A stretch of 64,000 bases of DNA, taken from the human T2T-CHM13v2.0 reference genome, Homo sapiens. The stretch lies in NCBI RefSeq assembly GCF_009914755.1, contig NC_060925.1; one strand, 5' to 3'. The position numbers and the translations under genes are program-made. This document shows positions 27,419-42,431 of the stretch, piece by piece. Within the stretch, counting starts at the first letter, position 1. Each line of letters starts with the position of its first letter. Under the pieces are notes generated by a model. That model was not told the DNA's origin. It worked only from the letters and a program-made list of their open reading frames with translations, and searched no databases.

Positions 27419-27854
27419 AAATATCTTCATTTACTTGAAAAGAAGGCTTGCATCCAAACTCTGCCTGTTGTACTCTTCCATTTGTTTTGTGTGATCCTCT
27501 GCAATAGCCCAGGAAAAGTCTGTGCTTTCTCTATGTGATGCCCTTCAGGTTTTTGAAGACAGTTAACGCTTTCTGTCTTTCTTTAGCCTTTTCTCCAGGA
27601 GACACATATTGAATTTTATCTACTAGTTCCCAGATGCGTACCTCTGGACACTCATTCATATTTGTTAATGCTGAGAATTTTTTTTTTAAAGTAATCTGGG
27701 CATCACACAAACTCTTCTTTGAACCCTGCTGGTTCCCAGCAGTCATAGTCTGAGCATTGAGGCTAAATACTCAAAAGACATTCCTTTTAGTTTTTTTCTT
27801 CTGGATTTATGTAGATTGGTAGGCAACTAAGTGATAAATATTTTCCAGGATCTA

Positions 27855-27856
<2 letters not shown>

Positions 27857-27900
<44 letters not shown>
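27857..27900. repeat. (CA)~22 microsatellite
   Basis: Perfect cacaca... run. Confidence 0.95.
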
Positions 27901-27902
<2 letters not shown>

Positions 27903-28574
27903 CTCACTTTTAAGAATTAGTCCAGTTACCTGTTTGAATGTTCCTGACATCTCCACATTCTCTATGAATTCTCCAAGACTACAGAGCCTAGGGTGTGGAG
28001 GTGCGTGGGGAGGTCTTATGTTTAACTGCTAACATAGAGCAAACCCCCTCAAAGTATGAACTGTTAGATAAACTGTGCATCTCTTCTGAGATGTGTTTGG
28101 AGAGAGATCTTGGCCTCCAGGTGGAGGAGGCTTGGAACAGCTGTTTCCCAGGGTCACTGCCGGGGAGCATCTGCTTAAGGCAACATCTCTGAAGTACCTG
28201 TTCTCTAGTTTAGCCACCTAGTATGTTTGTGCTGTTCTGTCGAAGAACATTTGCCTTTTGTTGTTCATTGGAAACAGCATAAAGATGAGATCAGCAGATT
28301 TTTATTTCTCTTCTGACACCACGGCCAGCCAATCAGCCAATATTTTTGTTGGATTCCTTTGGATTCCTTCCCTCCTTCCATCTCTCCCTCCCTTTCTTCC
28401 TTTCCTGGCCAAAAAAAAAAAAAAATCTTTCCTTTAACAACCAAAGAATGATGTAATTGTGATATATGTAGCTTTATGGTCAGACATGACATACTACGGA
28501 GGGGCCCTTGAAGTCCAGAGGTACCCTCCTACTCCTCCTTCACTCTCTTCAGTAGTAAGATGCTTTACGGGCCA

Positions 28575-28830
28575 CAGCTGAGCAGCCTAGCACAAAGTCA
28601 GGAACATGGCTCTGGTGCCAGGCTGCCTGGGTTCCAATCCTGGTTCTTCCACTGATCGGCTGTGTGCCTTTGACCACATCACCTAACTTCTCTGTGCTGT
28701 AGTTACCTCAGGCTTAAAATGAGGGCAGGATTAGTACCATTCCCAAGGGTTTTTATAAAAATTAAATGGATTAATTCATATACAATGATTAAAACAGCAT
28801 CTGACACAAGATCATTGCTCAATAAAAAGC
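28575..28830 (+). mobile_element. MIR SINE
   Basis: ggctctggtgccaggctgcctgggttccaatcctgg...ctgtgtgcctttgacca...cctaacttctctgtgc. Confidence 0.8.
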
Positions 28831-29936
28831 TTATAAGGTTTTAATTGAATGAATTATTTTATGTAATTCAACGAAAAGGGAAACTATATAGGAATTATCG
28901 TATTATGACAAAAAGCATCAATGTGAAGACTTGTTTGGAGTGTTGGGTCACAAGATTAATTCAAAACAGAGTTTTGTGCTGGGGAGAAAACTTTCATGAC
29001 AAAAAAATCACGTCATTAAAGAACAAAAAATCACATTAAAAATTCACATCTAATAATATGAGAGTGGGGCTTTAGGAAAACATTGGCAATTTATTTTTAT
29101 CCTTTTTTGAGTGTGTGTGCGATGCACGCATGCCAGGGGGGTGTATTATATTATTCAAACAAAACTACAAAAAATATAGTGAACTTTAAAAAATAATGCT
29201 TAAAAGAATAAAAAAAATAAGAATACCTGTCTACTTACCACCCAACTTAAAGAACTTAAAGAAACTTCAAAGAACACTATCGTATCTTTAGAGCTTCCTG
29301 GGTGCCCACCCCAGGAGCCCTCTCTCCTGTTGAGATAAACGTATCATACATTTTGGGCTAATCATCTTCTTGCTTTTTCTCATGGTTTTCCAATATACGG
29401 ATGTAATGTTAGACATCATATTGTTTAGATTGATCTGTTTTTTAACTGTACCGTGATTTGCACTGATTTTAGTTATCAATATATTGGAATTCACTTCTAG
29501 CATCTTATTTTGTTCTTTGTTTCATTTTTTTCTATGTTTCGCTTTTTTCCCCCTCTCTTTTTTCGTATTGAGATCTTTTATTTTTTCATTTCCTTTGGTT
29601 TCATTTTCCCCCTTCCACTGGTTTGGAAGTTGTAGACTCTATTAAATCTCGACTTACATGTTTAACAAAGTATAAAGTTGGCCAGTGTTTGTCCTTCCTT
29701 CCCGTCAGCATAAGGACCTTGGAACACTCCCACCTGGATTTTTTGGAATTATACAATTTCATATAGAAAGGACTCTTCACATCAAAGTTGGTAGCTATAG
29801 CTTTTGATGTCTGGCTTGTTTAGTTTTTCTCTCTTGACAACACAGTAACCCTCTCTTGAGAATAGCAGAGAGAATAAAAATGTTACTGTTATGGGAAATA
29901 CAGATCACTGGAGCTGGGTGGGGCCTTAAAGATTAC

Positions 29937-30115
29937 CAGTGTTTTTCAAACTTTTGACCAAGCCAAATGAAAATTAAAGGAACTTTTAAAATAATGCATA
30001 TTCTCTGGTCCCACATCAGACCCAATAGTCAGAATCTCGGGTGGGACACAGAAATCTGCAGGACTAAAAAGTTCCCTGGGTGATCATGATGCACAGCCAG
30101 TTTTGTAACCTATTT
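29937..30115. mobile_element. MER5-type hAT-Charlie element
   Basis: cagtgtttttcaaacttt...cccacatcagacc...tcagaatctc...ccctgggtgatcatgatgcacagccagtttt. Confidence 0.75.
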
Positions 30116-31464
30116 CTCCATGCTGACCCAAAATGGTTTAATCAAGCTGACTCCATAAGCAAAATTATAGATGCCATATAGACTTAGCAAAAAGCCATGG
30201 AAAAGAGAGAGGGAGCACAGTTTTTTCAAATGAGAAAATAAGCATCTCTAGAGATGAATATCTTCAATTTGCATTTGGGAAAATGTTTGAGCACATACGC
30301 AAAAATAAATATACAAAGAGTGGCAGCAAAAGTAGTCTACAGGCAAGGCATCCACAGTCCTCCTCTGCTGCTCTTTGGCTCGCCGTGCCAGGAATGCCTT
30401 CTCACCTCCTAATCTGAGGTCTGCTTTTCTTTCTAAGCTTAGTGCATACTCTGCCTTCTCCACTGGAGCTCTCCCATCTCTTCCACCACAGTGTCCATTT
30501 CCTCCTCTCAACTCCTGTAGCACTTTCTACCTATAGCATTCACGTGGCACTGGGCACATTACCTGCTTAATTCCTCTCTAGCATTTCCTGAGAACTCTGG
30601 GTCAGGCAGTGTGCTCAGGGCTTTACATGCACTTCCCCTGTAAAACTCACAGCCTTACAAAGTTGCTACTTTTATTATTATCCTAGACTAACATACAATA
30701 AATTTGAAGTTTAGAGTAGCTCAACAGTTTGTCCTAGGTGCACAAGCCAAAAAATAGAAGTTATCATTTGAACTCAGGCCTGACTTCCCCATGCAAACTC
30801 TTGAGCATTGAGCTATACTAGAGGTAGTTTTTAATACATACGTCTTGTGTCTCAGGTGTGTTCTAAGCTCCCTAAGCAGGTATGCTGTGCCTCATGTGTT
30901 TGTATTCTTAGAACTAAGTATCTAGCCCACACTCAGTAGCACAGGAGATGAGCCAGGTGAATGTGACTGAAATTTATTAATCACTTCAGGGATTGACAGG
31001 GACAGAACCTGGACCTGACGACTCTAACTCCTGTCAATGAGGGTCTCAGTCGAAGTGACACTCAGTTGAGCTGGTGCTGAAGGGCAAGAATGACTGTGCA
31101 CAGGTGAGAAATAGCGTGAAGCATCTGGGTAATTCCAAGTGGTTCAGGATGGTTTTAACCCAGGAAGATGATTGAGGAAGTAAGGTAAAGTCTGAGAGGT
31201 GAACACAGGGCTAGATTGAGAAGGGCCCTGTGTGCAATAATCAAGAGTTTGGATTTATTACAGATCAGACACTAATAAGCCTTTTTTAACCAGGAGTTCA
31301 TGCAGAAAATTAAGTCTGAATGCCCTTAGGCACCCATTGTATGTAATGAACTAACTTCTCTTCTAAGCATCTAGAATGGTGTGAGTTATGTACCACCCTT
31401 GAAAAGATTAAGAAAATCTTTCTATGTTCCTTGGTTCATAAAGGAACCCCACTGAGAATTGCTA

Positions 31465-31980
31465 GATCAAAGTTTTTCCAGACACAGTAGCAATTCAGTG
31501 GGTTGTGAAATCAATTTAGTGAGTTGCAACCAGCGATTTTTTAAAAAAAATGAAATAGAAACAGAAAACATCAGAGTGCATCAAGTAATAGTAAGGGCAT
31601 GTTTCATAAAACTTGTTTCAATTACACAGAAAAATAAGTGTGTGAACTGGGCTGTGATACAAAATGTACACTATTTCTTACTGTGGGTACTGCTTTTTTT
31701 TTTTTTTTAAAGTTTGAAATCCACTTCAATAGATCAGTGGTCTTCAAACCATTTCTTTTTTTTTTAAGTAGAGGAATACTTTTCCCAAAGGAAATATCTC
31801 GTTAAACTTCAAAATCAGAGCTGCTCTGACTAAAGAAAGAGACGGAGGAGAGGGGGTGTTAACTAAAGCCCTATGTAGCAGAATGGGCTCTCATCTTCAT
31901 ACTCCAAACACCCTCTCCCCATACACGTCCACACACTGAGGCCCCTCTGAGGGACTCTTGGCAACTCTACTGACCACTAC
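31465..31980. mobile_element. Two adjacent hAT-Charlie DNA transposon remnants
   Basis: gtgggttgtgaaatcaatttagtg...aaagtttgaaatccact, then cagtggtcttcaaac...aatcagagctgctctg...gaccact. Subfamily not assignable by eye. Confidence 0.65.
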
Positions 31981-32289
31981 TTTAAAAATACTGTTATTGA
32001 ATGGTAGTTCTTCGAAGATTTTTAATCAGGGATGTGAACAAATCTTATATTTTAGAGTAAATTTTTATCTAAGTGCTCAGGACGGACTAGAGGTATTTGT
32101 GGAACTAGAAGTCAACTCCAGTCTGCATCAAAATCATCTGGGCTGCCTGCTTAATATTCTGATTTCTTAAAACCTAGTCCTGCCAAATGAGAAAGTGAGG
32201 AAGGTGTGATCTAGGCATCTCCATGTTAGCCATCTCCCTAGGGAATGCTTTTGCGTGGTAAAATTTGAGTACTGCTGGCCTGCAAAGGG

Positions 32290-32665
32290 AGATTCATCTG
32301 AAGACTAGCTAAAATCCAGGTGAAACTATCAGGATCTGAAAAAAGCAGTGGTTGTGGAGATGGTCAGAGAAGCTGTAAGGGGGAAGGAAATGTGAGACCT
32401 GATGAATATTTGGATCTAGGAAGTGAGGGGAGGAAAGACTCCAGGGTGAGTGGGTAGCATGTGGCTATGATAACTAAGCAGGGAGACAGGAGGGACAGGT
32501 TTAAGAGGAGACAGTGTTCAGTTTTAGGCATCAGGCACTTAGAGTGTCTGTGGCTTCTCCAGTTGGAGATGTGTAGAAGGCAGCCAGGAGCATGGGTCAG
32601 AACTCTGAGAGCTCCAAATTGAAATGCTGATTTGGGAGTCATCAGCAGTAGGTGGTAACTGAGGC
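32290..32665 (-). mobile_element. L2 fragment
   Basis: gttggagatgtgtagaaggcagccagg...gatttgggagtcatcagcagtaggtggtaactgag. Confidence 0.7.
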
Positions 32666-35600
32666 AAATGTCCTTCTATTAATAAATATTTACTAAGCAA
32701 TTACCTACCATGTGCTAGTGAATGCCTTTATGAGGACTCAGTTTGTATAACAAACCTATTTCCTTCTGTGGCCAAGTGACAGGTCAGTTATATTGATAAG
32801 AAGCAATTTTTTTTTATTTTAATGATGTTCTACATTCCTTCAGTACCTGTTTAAGAGACTCACTAATAGTTCAATTAGACTATAAATAAGCTTTCCTCTA
32901 GTAATTAAATAAACTAGTTTGAGAGTTGTACTCAAAAATCAATAACGTGAGTTCAATGTTAATTTTTAAAGTTAAGTGAATAGCATGCTAGAATATTCAA
33001 TTACAGCACTGAGATGATATCTTAATGACTGCAATTTAAGGTAATCAGAAACATCAAATTAAGGAATGTCTAACACTTTGGAAGGTACAATTATATTGGT
33101 GACAAGCGAAGTAAAAGATCTTGCAAAGTACCTAGTCAACATTATTGTTTACATACTCGATAACAACCCCCACACCCAAATTTGGAAGTTTACAAAATAC
33201 CTCAAATAGTACCTTGGTGAATACCTCATCTCCACATTATAGGAAATAAGAAGGGAGAACACCCTCCCATCTGGAGAAGCACCCTTCACTGGAACGTATT
33301 TAAGATGGTTCAGCATTCCTGGGGTTTTGGTGATGGATAAGGTCTCAGTTTACACAAGGCCTGTTCAACATTCAAACTTTTCTATTCCTTCTATTTAGAC
33401 TTGCAGCCATATTTCCATCTGTTTAAAAATTCACACATGCAATTAATCAAAGAACGTTGACATATGAGTGGCACACAAATAAAACATCCATAATGATAAA
33501 AACAATCACGTAGAATACTCTCACTTTGCCACATGGACTACTAATTTCATCACAAGGGAGGATATATTTTAAATCTGTTCACTGTCTTAATCTTTGTTTT
33601 TAGTCCAGGAAAAAGCAGCAGGGCACAAGCAATAATACTAACCTAGTAAGCCGCAGGGCCATCTGATTTACTAAAATAGAAAATTATAACTCTACATAAA
33701 AGTCAGGTTTGTGGACCTCAACCTAGGGAGGCATTCTTCTTATTTGAAAAGGAATTTTTAAAGTAGAATTTCAAAGTAAGCATCTACTTTTGGTTAGAAG
33801 CATTATAATGTGTAAGTCACACATTAACAGAATATTTAAGTGAAAATGCTCTTACGACATTAAAGAATTTGTTTAACAATTTAAAAATTAACACTTTCAG
33901 ATGTGGTATGCAGTCAAATTCATATTCATTTAGCATTTCAGAAGTCCAATAACTCAGAAAATAGATTGTCACCGATGTGAAAGGAATGAAAATATACACC
34001 TTTAGTAAATCTGATTTATATTTTTACTGTAGAAAAAAGGACACCAAGATGCTTCAAATAGATGATGAGCAGTTAAACATTCCATAAATGATTCATTTAA
34101 CACTATCGTTACTAGTGTTGGGTATTTTGACTCTAACAACTGGTTTTAGATACTTGTTTTAAACTTGTGGCCAGCTTTCCAGCTTTGAAAAACTGAAAAT
34201 CTTGATACCAAGGGCAATAAAAGATAAAATTTAAAGCAGAGGCATACCAGCTAGAACCACTGCCTAGACCTAATTCTAGTGTTTAACTACAGGCAACAGC
34301 TGGAAGTTATAAACCATGTAAGAAAACACCATCTCCACCTCCAGATTCCACTTTAAGTGTTATGTGTACTAAACAGCAATGCCTCAATACTTCACTAGCT
34401 ATTATATCAAGGGCTCTGTGGCAGAGCTACAGAGAAAAGGTGTGAGATCAGCTGTGTGTACTGACAGAGTAGCAGCTATTTGCCTGGTATAATCTTAAAG
34501 AATGACAGATCCCAACTAACCTTCCCAAGGATTGGACATTCTTCCTGCTGAAGTCACTCCTTTGGATTCAGAAGTCCTCTGTTGCAACTTACCTAGAAAT
34601 GCTAACATATTAGGCTGTGGGCATGTAATATTTAATCACATAAACTGTCATGAGCATAGAACAGTGCCCTGGGGGAATGTATAAGAGATGTCTCTAATGG
34701 GGTTGAAACATTTTGAAAGGACTACAGCATTGGGCATTGCACAAGAAACTTGACCTACCTAGGACACAACATTCTGGACATAACAGATGGCATAAAATAT
34801 CATTCTGAGCTCAGAGGAAAGGAGTATGAATGAAGTGGCAGGCACTGGGGTAGCGGTTGAAACCATGCTGCCTTACAGAGAGATGGGCCTGGAAGAACTA
34901 TAGCATGGTACAGTTCAGGAATGACATGGTCCTGACACAGGATACCACTTTCCATCCTCCACTCATGATTAAGAAACCATGACACTATTTGTTTCTGGGC
35001 TCAGATATGACCTAGAATCTCTTGCAGCACAATGCTCCAAGCAGTCTCTGGCAATCAAATAGAATCAGCCTTGAAATGAAACCTACTTATCCCCATTATA
35101 GTAAAATGAGCATAGGCTTGAAATCAAGCAGACCCTGAGTTGAAATCCTGGTTATGACTAAGGGCAAATCAGATCACCTTCCTGGGCCTCCATTTCTTAG
35201 CTATGGAAGGAGCATGATGATATGACCCAACAGGATTTTTGTGAAAATGGAATGAGATAATATGTGGAAAGTGTCCAACACAGAAAGCACTCAGAGAATA
35301 TTAGTTGTGACTACCCAGATAGTGTTGGTTACTCCCTCTGCTGTCCTTCTTAGGCAACTTATAAGCAGATCTGGGAGAGTATTTCAGTTGCTGCTGTGTG
35401 CCCACACATGTGTGCGCACACAATTTCTCACACTCTGCCCTGTTTCTGTATCCATCTGGCTGTCCTGCTAGACTGACACCCTCAGGGGAGATCTCTTTTG
35501 TGCCTTATTCAACTTAGATTACCCAGTGCTTAGCCAAATGCTATACACCTAGTGGTGTTTAATAAATGTTTGCTGAATGAAGGAGCAAGGAGTCTTGATT

Positions 35601-37129
35601 CAAGTTCAGATCCTGGACTAGAGTGTGAGTTTTAAAAGGCCATTCTATTTCTCTGCTCCCAGTATCTCCATCTATATGTCACTGGGATTGGATGAGAATG
35701 CCCTGTAAGGGTCCTGTCTGCTGTTACATTTGATGGTTGTGGGGTTCTCTCATAGCTTCCTTTAGTCACAGCCAACATGCAGTGCTAGGAACTGAGGAGA
35801 AAGACAAACATGGATGCTCTGCATTGTGCAATGTGAGAGAATCTCGTGGTAAAATTTAAGACGCATGTCACCTGACTCCAGCAAAAACTGGGATCTTGAT
35901 GGAGTACAGGAATGCTCTCAGATATTCAATATCTAACATGCAATGGGCATTTGTTAAGTGTCAGGCACTGTGGCTCATCACTGGGAATAGCAAGATAAGG
36001 AGACAGAGGAGTAAATGATTCCAGGCAAGATATACCCAAGATGATGTAAGGGCACGCTGCCTAACTGTCTTCACAAGGGCTGAATTTAATGTTCTCTGCA
36101 AGGCCACCATGTTCTGTGTTTTTAAATGGACAGGAATGTTAAGAATCTCTCTGGTTGGGCATTATAGGAGGCGATGCAAAGGGGCTCACTGAACATCCGC
36201 TCCTTCTCCAGGTCTCCAGTACTGTACTTTATCTCTCTGATCTTCTATTCTAGTCACAAATCCATGATTGCTACACTATGTTTATAAGCTCCCTCTGTTT
36301 AAAAATGCACCTCTGTTTAAAAATGTTGCCAGGTTTGATGATGACGCTGAGGTTCCTATCTCAAACAGAGAAAGGCCCAGGAGGCCGGGCCTACTATCCT
36401 GCCTTGGTCATCAGTACGGTGCGCAAACCCTGAGGATCTCAATCCCCGCTTACTGTGGGTACTCAGAAAATCTGATAATGAATAAAAGAACAAATGTATA
36501 AACAATATTCCAAAGTTACAGAGCAATCACACTAAGTAGTAATAGAACCCTTCAGGCTATTTAAGTGATGTGAAAACCAGTATAAAAACTCCATATGGAC
36601 ATGACTTTCCTGAGTGTAAGGTCTTGCTGGGTGTGCACTAGAGAATATAATGATAACGGTGCTTTGCGGAGTTGTGCAATGTGAAGAAACGTCACTACAT
36701 CACTACTCTAGAGCTCGAGTTATTTTACATATATTTTTGAATTATGTATAATAGCAACATATAATATATACATATTATATGTATATATATACATATATAG
36801 TGCTCAACAGCTATATCTTAAAAAAAGAATAAATCTGATTTTTACAGATAGTCTGAAGAATTTCACTCATTTCATCATGCTAGTATTTGTCATTTTTGAT
36901 GAAATCATATCAGAAAAATTCAACAAGAACTTTCAGCTTTTAGGTCACAAATACTCTGGGAATACTATAGGTTTTCAAGATTATTTTTCCTTTCTAGCTG
37001 ACATTTTCTTTGAATGGTTGACAGAACTTATTTTTTTAATCTTAAATTTAGTAAACCATAAAATCTTTAAGTCTTTACATTTAGTAAACTCAGCTATATC
37101 TAGGAATTTTATAATGCAGCTAACACCCC

Positions 37130-37470
37130 TGAAAATCATGATTCATCCAAACAGTGACATACTATACAGCTATTGAAAATAATAATATTGATATGAAAGA
37201 TGTTTATTATTTATTGTTTTTAACCAAAAAAAAAAACAGGTTACAAAACACTATGCATAGTATGATTCCATTCTGACTACATTAATTCACTAAATAAACT
37301 GATTGATAAATTAAGCAGGCATCTGTGCATATGTGTGCTTAAAAAAGATCCTGAAACAAATATCCCAAAATCCTAGCACATATAATCTATAGGCAACATG
37401 ATTCAAATGATTTTTACCTCTTCCTTACATCTTTTATTGTTCTCTTAATTTTTTGCCATAAGCATGTCTT
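37130..37470 (+). mobile_element. Old L1 (L1ME-type) 3'UTR fragment
   Basis: aaaaacaggttacaaaacactatgcatagtatgattccatt. Confidence 0.6.
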
Positions 37471-39757
37471 TCTTTTAAGTAATACATCTTCACTAAAACT
37501 ACTCCTGTTGCCATTTTGGGAACAAATACCTTTGCATGCACTAGATTTCTACGGCAAGAAACACTATAAGATTGATACAAGTTAAGAAACTCTAAAGTCA
37601 TGACTGACTTTCCCAATTAATCTTTTAATGGCAGTTTCACTTAATTTTATCTACAGTTTACTAAATAGAAAAATGCACCGCAATGCATTTTGTATGAGGG
37701 AGTCATTCAACGGTAAAACCACAACATAATCTTTGAAGTGGAACCAATAAAAATCAATTGTGTACAATGTGTGCCTTGTTATTGCAGTATTAATTTAAAA
37801 TTTGTTCTATTAGTTGTATATTAAATCACAAAAAGCACAGGGAAACATATTGTACTATACACTGAGCCAAAAGTCACAAATGATCATTTTCCCCTTCTCT
37901 CCAAGAGCACAACTCTGGCTGGTCCCCATTGGAAAACAGGGGCTGGGGGAGATGGAAGTCACTACAGATTATGTATTATGGGGGTAGGGGTTGTTAAATT
38001 CTTTCATTTATTATCAGAGGATGAAGGTCAATGACTCCATCTTCCAGATAACCAAAGCTTAAAAACCTTTAAAATAGAAGCATACCCTCCCTTCCTTGAG
38101 AAGTGGAGCCTACTGCTCACACCTCTGTCTTTTCTTGACCAACTGTCACCACCATGAGCATGTCACCCCCAGAGTGGGCGATATGACTGGAGAGCTGCCC
38201 TTCACTTGTGCCCTCATGATGCAGCCATACCTGTGGTCCCTGTGCCCCTAACAGGCACTGCTGACCATTCAGTTTGCTAATTTACAGTTGACTTAGAAAG
38301 CAGATGACCGCATCTGGTAAGAACTGCAACTAAATAAAGTCAACAGAGCTCTGAAGAATGACATCATGAATAAAGCACATTGAAAGGCTTAGAGACAACT
38401 ATTTGTGTTCAGAGGACATTTTCTACCATGGGTGTAGGTGCTAAAAGATTGTTTTATAGATTAAATAAGTCCAGGGACACCAAGAACACACAGTTCATAT
38501 CCACATGGGCTAATTTTAAGAATTCATTCTTTCTCATGAAAGATGGACAATACTCCACCATTGTGACTACTGAAAATCAAACAAACAAAAAACAGCTAAA
38601 CCAAAAGAAGAAGAGGGGGTGGAGGGGAGGAGGGAGAAATAATTATTTAGCAAGTATTTATAGCTCAGTTACAAAGTTTCATCTGAGATCTGGACACTAC
38701 CGGGAAAACACATTCATCTCTCTCTCTCTCTCTTTTTTTTCTATTGCAGGCCCTCACTAAAAGCAGGCTAAGTGAGCGATGGACACACACACAGATGTAG
38801 AGATATGCTGCTGTGAGTGTACCCTGATAATTCTTAAATAGTCAGCTTCTCCAATACTGCATTTTGCTTTTTTATGCTTTTTGCTGCCAGGAGGGGAAAA
38901 AATTCGAATGGCAATCATTTATAGTTTTAAATTGGCAGCAGTCTGATTCAGAGCAGCATTCAAATTCTATTGAAATATCTTCCACTTGTGACTTCTGATC
39001 ATATCTAACTTTTCCCTAAGCTTGTTAGAATTGGTATTTATTCTAATTTTCTTCAAAGTGATGTAATATAACACTGTCTTTGTTTTCTAAAGGCTTTTTA
39101 AAAGTTTACTTTGTAATATACAAAGCAATGTTAGTAAGAGCACAGTGCTCAATCCCAAGAATATGGCAATAATTACTTTTTACCCTTTGAACTGGCAGGT
39201 CATAAGGCCAGAGGTGCGAGCATGGACTTGTTTTCTTCCTCTCCTTGTTCCTAAGCTCCTTGGCTGTCCCATGGCCACCCCCTCCAGGCCTCTTTTCTCA
39301 CATGTTCTTCTTTATACACTTTTCTTCATTTTCTCTTTTTCCTCAGGAATTCTGCTTCTTGCAGAATTTCCTCAGATATTCTGTAAATATTCTATTTGTG
39401 ATAGCAACCTCTCTTAATTTAGTAACCCCTTTGAACTTCAAGAACACTCCATTGATTCCATTGTTCAGATTATGGGTACGACATTGCTGTCCAAGGACTT
39501 CATGCATAATCCAACAAGTATTTATTAAGCCCCCACCAGGAGCCAACGTTAGTGCTAATACTCAGGACACAGGTAAACAAGATGGACATGAGCTCTTCCC
39601 TAGCACCTGACTTCCTCAGCTCCTTTTCATAGTTTAGGTCTCAGCTCCAAGGGGATATCTTTGGAGAGGTTTTTCTTTGTGCCATGTAAATTAATACCCA
39701 GCCCAGCAGCCATTCCCTAAAATATTATTCTGCTTGATTTCCTTGTATCCCTCTCTG

Positions 39758-39793
<36 letters not shown>

Positions 39794-41919
39794 TATTGGT
39801 TGATTGGTGGATGGATTGATTTGCTTTTTGTCATTACCCTAGTTGGAAAGTAAACTTGAAAGTGGGAACTTTGCCCATTTAATTCATCTAGAGGTAACTT
39901 CCATGTATAAGGTGCTGTCTAGTTCCCCTCTAGAGATTCTGATTCCATGAGTCTGGAATGGGGCCCAAGAATTTGAATGTCTACCAAATTCTCTGAGGGA
40001 CTCCCATGCTCAGGTGAAAGTGGGAGGTGCTGGAGTTTATACAAACCCAGATCTCTAACTCATCTGCCAATCCAAAAGTTTGATGACCATATCTGCTTCC
40101 ATCCCACTGTGGGATCCTTCTGCTAGGAAGGAAAAGATCTTCAACTGTGATACACTCTGGAGGCTCTTGGGAAATGTCACTTGGTAATAATGAATGGCAT
40201 GGGCCTATAGGAACTTACAAAAGATCACGTCAGTCAGGCTCATGCTCAAGAAAAAAAAAATGGTAAGGCACAATTTGGTTAATAATGTACTATAATGACG
40301 AAAATATGCATCCAGAAAAAGAAAAAGAAACACTCTTTGGAAATGTTTTCTTAATTTGCACTGAGCAAACTTTCAAAGTTTGACAGAAGGAATATGAGGG
40401 AATGGGAGTAGAGTAAGGAGGAAAGCAGAAAGCGGCCAAGTAAGGCAGAGGACATAAATAGAACATGTATAAGAGACAGCAAGGGAAGGAAAGCAAGGAC
40501 AGACAGGGCAAGCAGTACAGGGCGATGCCATTAAGGTATCCCATAAAAACCCGAAGAGAGAAGAAAGGCTGCTCTTTGAGTTAAGCCCTCAACCAAAGTC
40601 ACCATACAGAGATATTGTAGTCCCACACCTGTAAAACCTTTACTGAAATCTGACTGAAGGCAATGACATCTCAGAAGAAAGAATGTCACCGGAGCCAGGG
40701 ATGTCTAGAAGGACCCTATGCAATTCCCAGGGAGAAAAGTTCTTGGTCAAGGTCAACCTGTTCTCGTAGCTAGTTCTGCTAGTTCTCTCTCGTTCTGATT
40801 CTCTTCAAAAGGCAACCTGTTTGTAACTGGACTTGCCAAGTATTGAGTATCTGAACTCCTTGGTAATTATACTTCCTCTGTCCAAATAAACACGCCCCCA
40901 TTCCAGTTAATTAGATACATAAACAGACTACCCAGAGACAGGGCAAGCCAAAGGGAGGAGGGAAAGAGGCAAATTAGCTGGGACTTCCATCCCTCATTCA
41001 TATTCTTCCTCCTGCCACTGTTAATGCCTGGTGACCTCCTCCTCATTCTTTGAAAGCCAGCTCACTTGTCACCTGTGTGCGAATCTTTCCCCAGTCACTC
41101 TCCTCTAGGTTGAGTCCAACGTTTCCCATTCCACAGCACACTCTTACACACTTATTGTCAAATCAGATACCATCAGTGGATTATCCATCTGGCCAGCTAG
41201 ACTGAGAGCACCTCAAGGGCAGAAACACTGCCATTTTCAGCTTGGATTTTCGACACCTGATCAGACCAGACGCTTAGTAGGTGTTCAACTTTCAGAGAGG
41301 CAGCAAAGGAAAGCTGAAATGTCAGAGAGGAAACACAGAGGTAATGGAATGGAAAATTAAATGTGCTCCCTGCCAGGATTTCATGTAGAATGGCTCACTC
41401 CATTCTACTGTTTTCAGACGGAACATTTCTCAAGCAATCAACCCTGATCACCTTTACCTTACCCCCGGGCAAATGCGAGGCTACAGCACCACAGGAGACC
41501 CACTTTATGGATTTACTCAATAGCCAATTCTGTTCCCAAGCTTTGCAAGCTGATTGTTTGGAATTCAAAAGACACTATCATGAGCACACTGATACATGTG
41601 GCTCATAGGGCACTTAGGAAAGCCTATTTCACCTATATATAGTTGATTACTTTATAGGCAATTCCAGACTTAGAACAATTTAATTTGTAGTTTAAAAAAA
41701 AATTCTTGGCCAGTTAAACCTTTTTTACCCTTGCTAATGTTTAGAAGAAGTTCCAAAAGTCTCCTCTCAAACAGTGAACCTCACCTTGTGTGAGACCCTG
41801 CCAGTTCCTGCAAGGAGTAGAACTGGTCTGTCTTTGGTTTTTTGGTTATTTCTTCAAGACCCCTCAGTCCTTCCCACCACTCCTGATATCTCTTACACCT
41901 CCGTATTTGAAAATAAGCT

Positions 41920-42080
41920 GGCCTGGTGCAGTGGCTCACACCGTAGTCCTAGCTACTTAGGAGGCTGAGGTGAGAGGATGGCTTGAGCCCAGGAGTTTGA
42001 AGCTGTAAGGAGCTATGATTGTGCCACTGCATTCCCATGTGGGTGACATAGCAGGACTCCATCTCTAAAAAAATAAAATA
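41920..42080 (+). mobile_element. Free Alu monomer (FAM/FRAM-like)
   Basis: Single ~150-bp monomer ggcctggtgcagtggctcac...gtagtcctagctact...catctctaaaaaaa; TSD aaaataagc. Confidence 0.85.
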
Positions 42081-42161
42081 AGCCAAATTAAATCTTAAAA
42101 CATATAACTACCCTCTTTACATTGCATTATATATATATCATCATATATCATATATATCATA

Positions 42162-42431
42162 TAACAATTTACAAAATATTTATTGTTGTTTACACATTTT
42201 GACTTACTCATCTCATTTGACTACTTAAATAGTACAAGTAACTTTTTAAATAGAGGATTCTTTCAAACTATGACATAATGTGGTTTCAATATATCTGATG
42301 TATCCAAATGTGGAAACCCATGGCCTGTAAGAAGAGCCTCACACTCTTCTGTTCTAGGTTATAATAAAACGTTCAAAATTAGAGGAGAACCCCTAGCTGC
42401 CCAGCCACCTGTGATAACAGTTTCTTTGGGT
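42162..42431 (+). repeat. Left arm of 270-bp inverted repeat
   Basis: Reverse complement of 43330-43599 with 4 mismatches (42185, 42226, 42270, 42303) and no gaps. Confidence 0.98.

Noticed and set aside
36335-36478. C/D-box snoRNA-like pattern (atgatga ... ctga)
   Set aside because: Antisense to the host intron, no terminal stem or recognisable guide; these motifs occur by chance.
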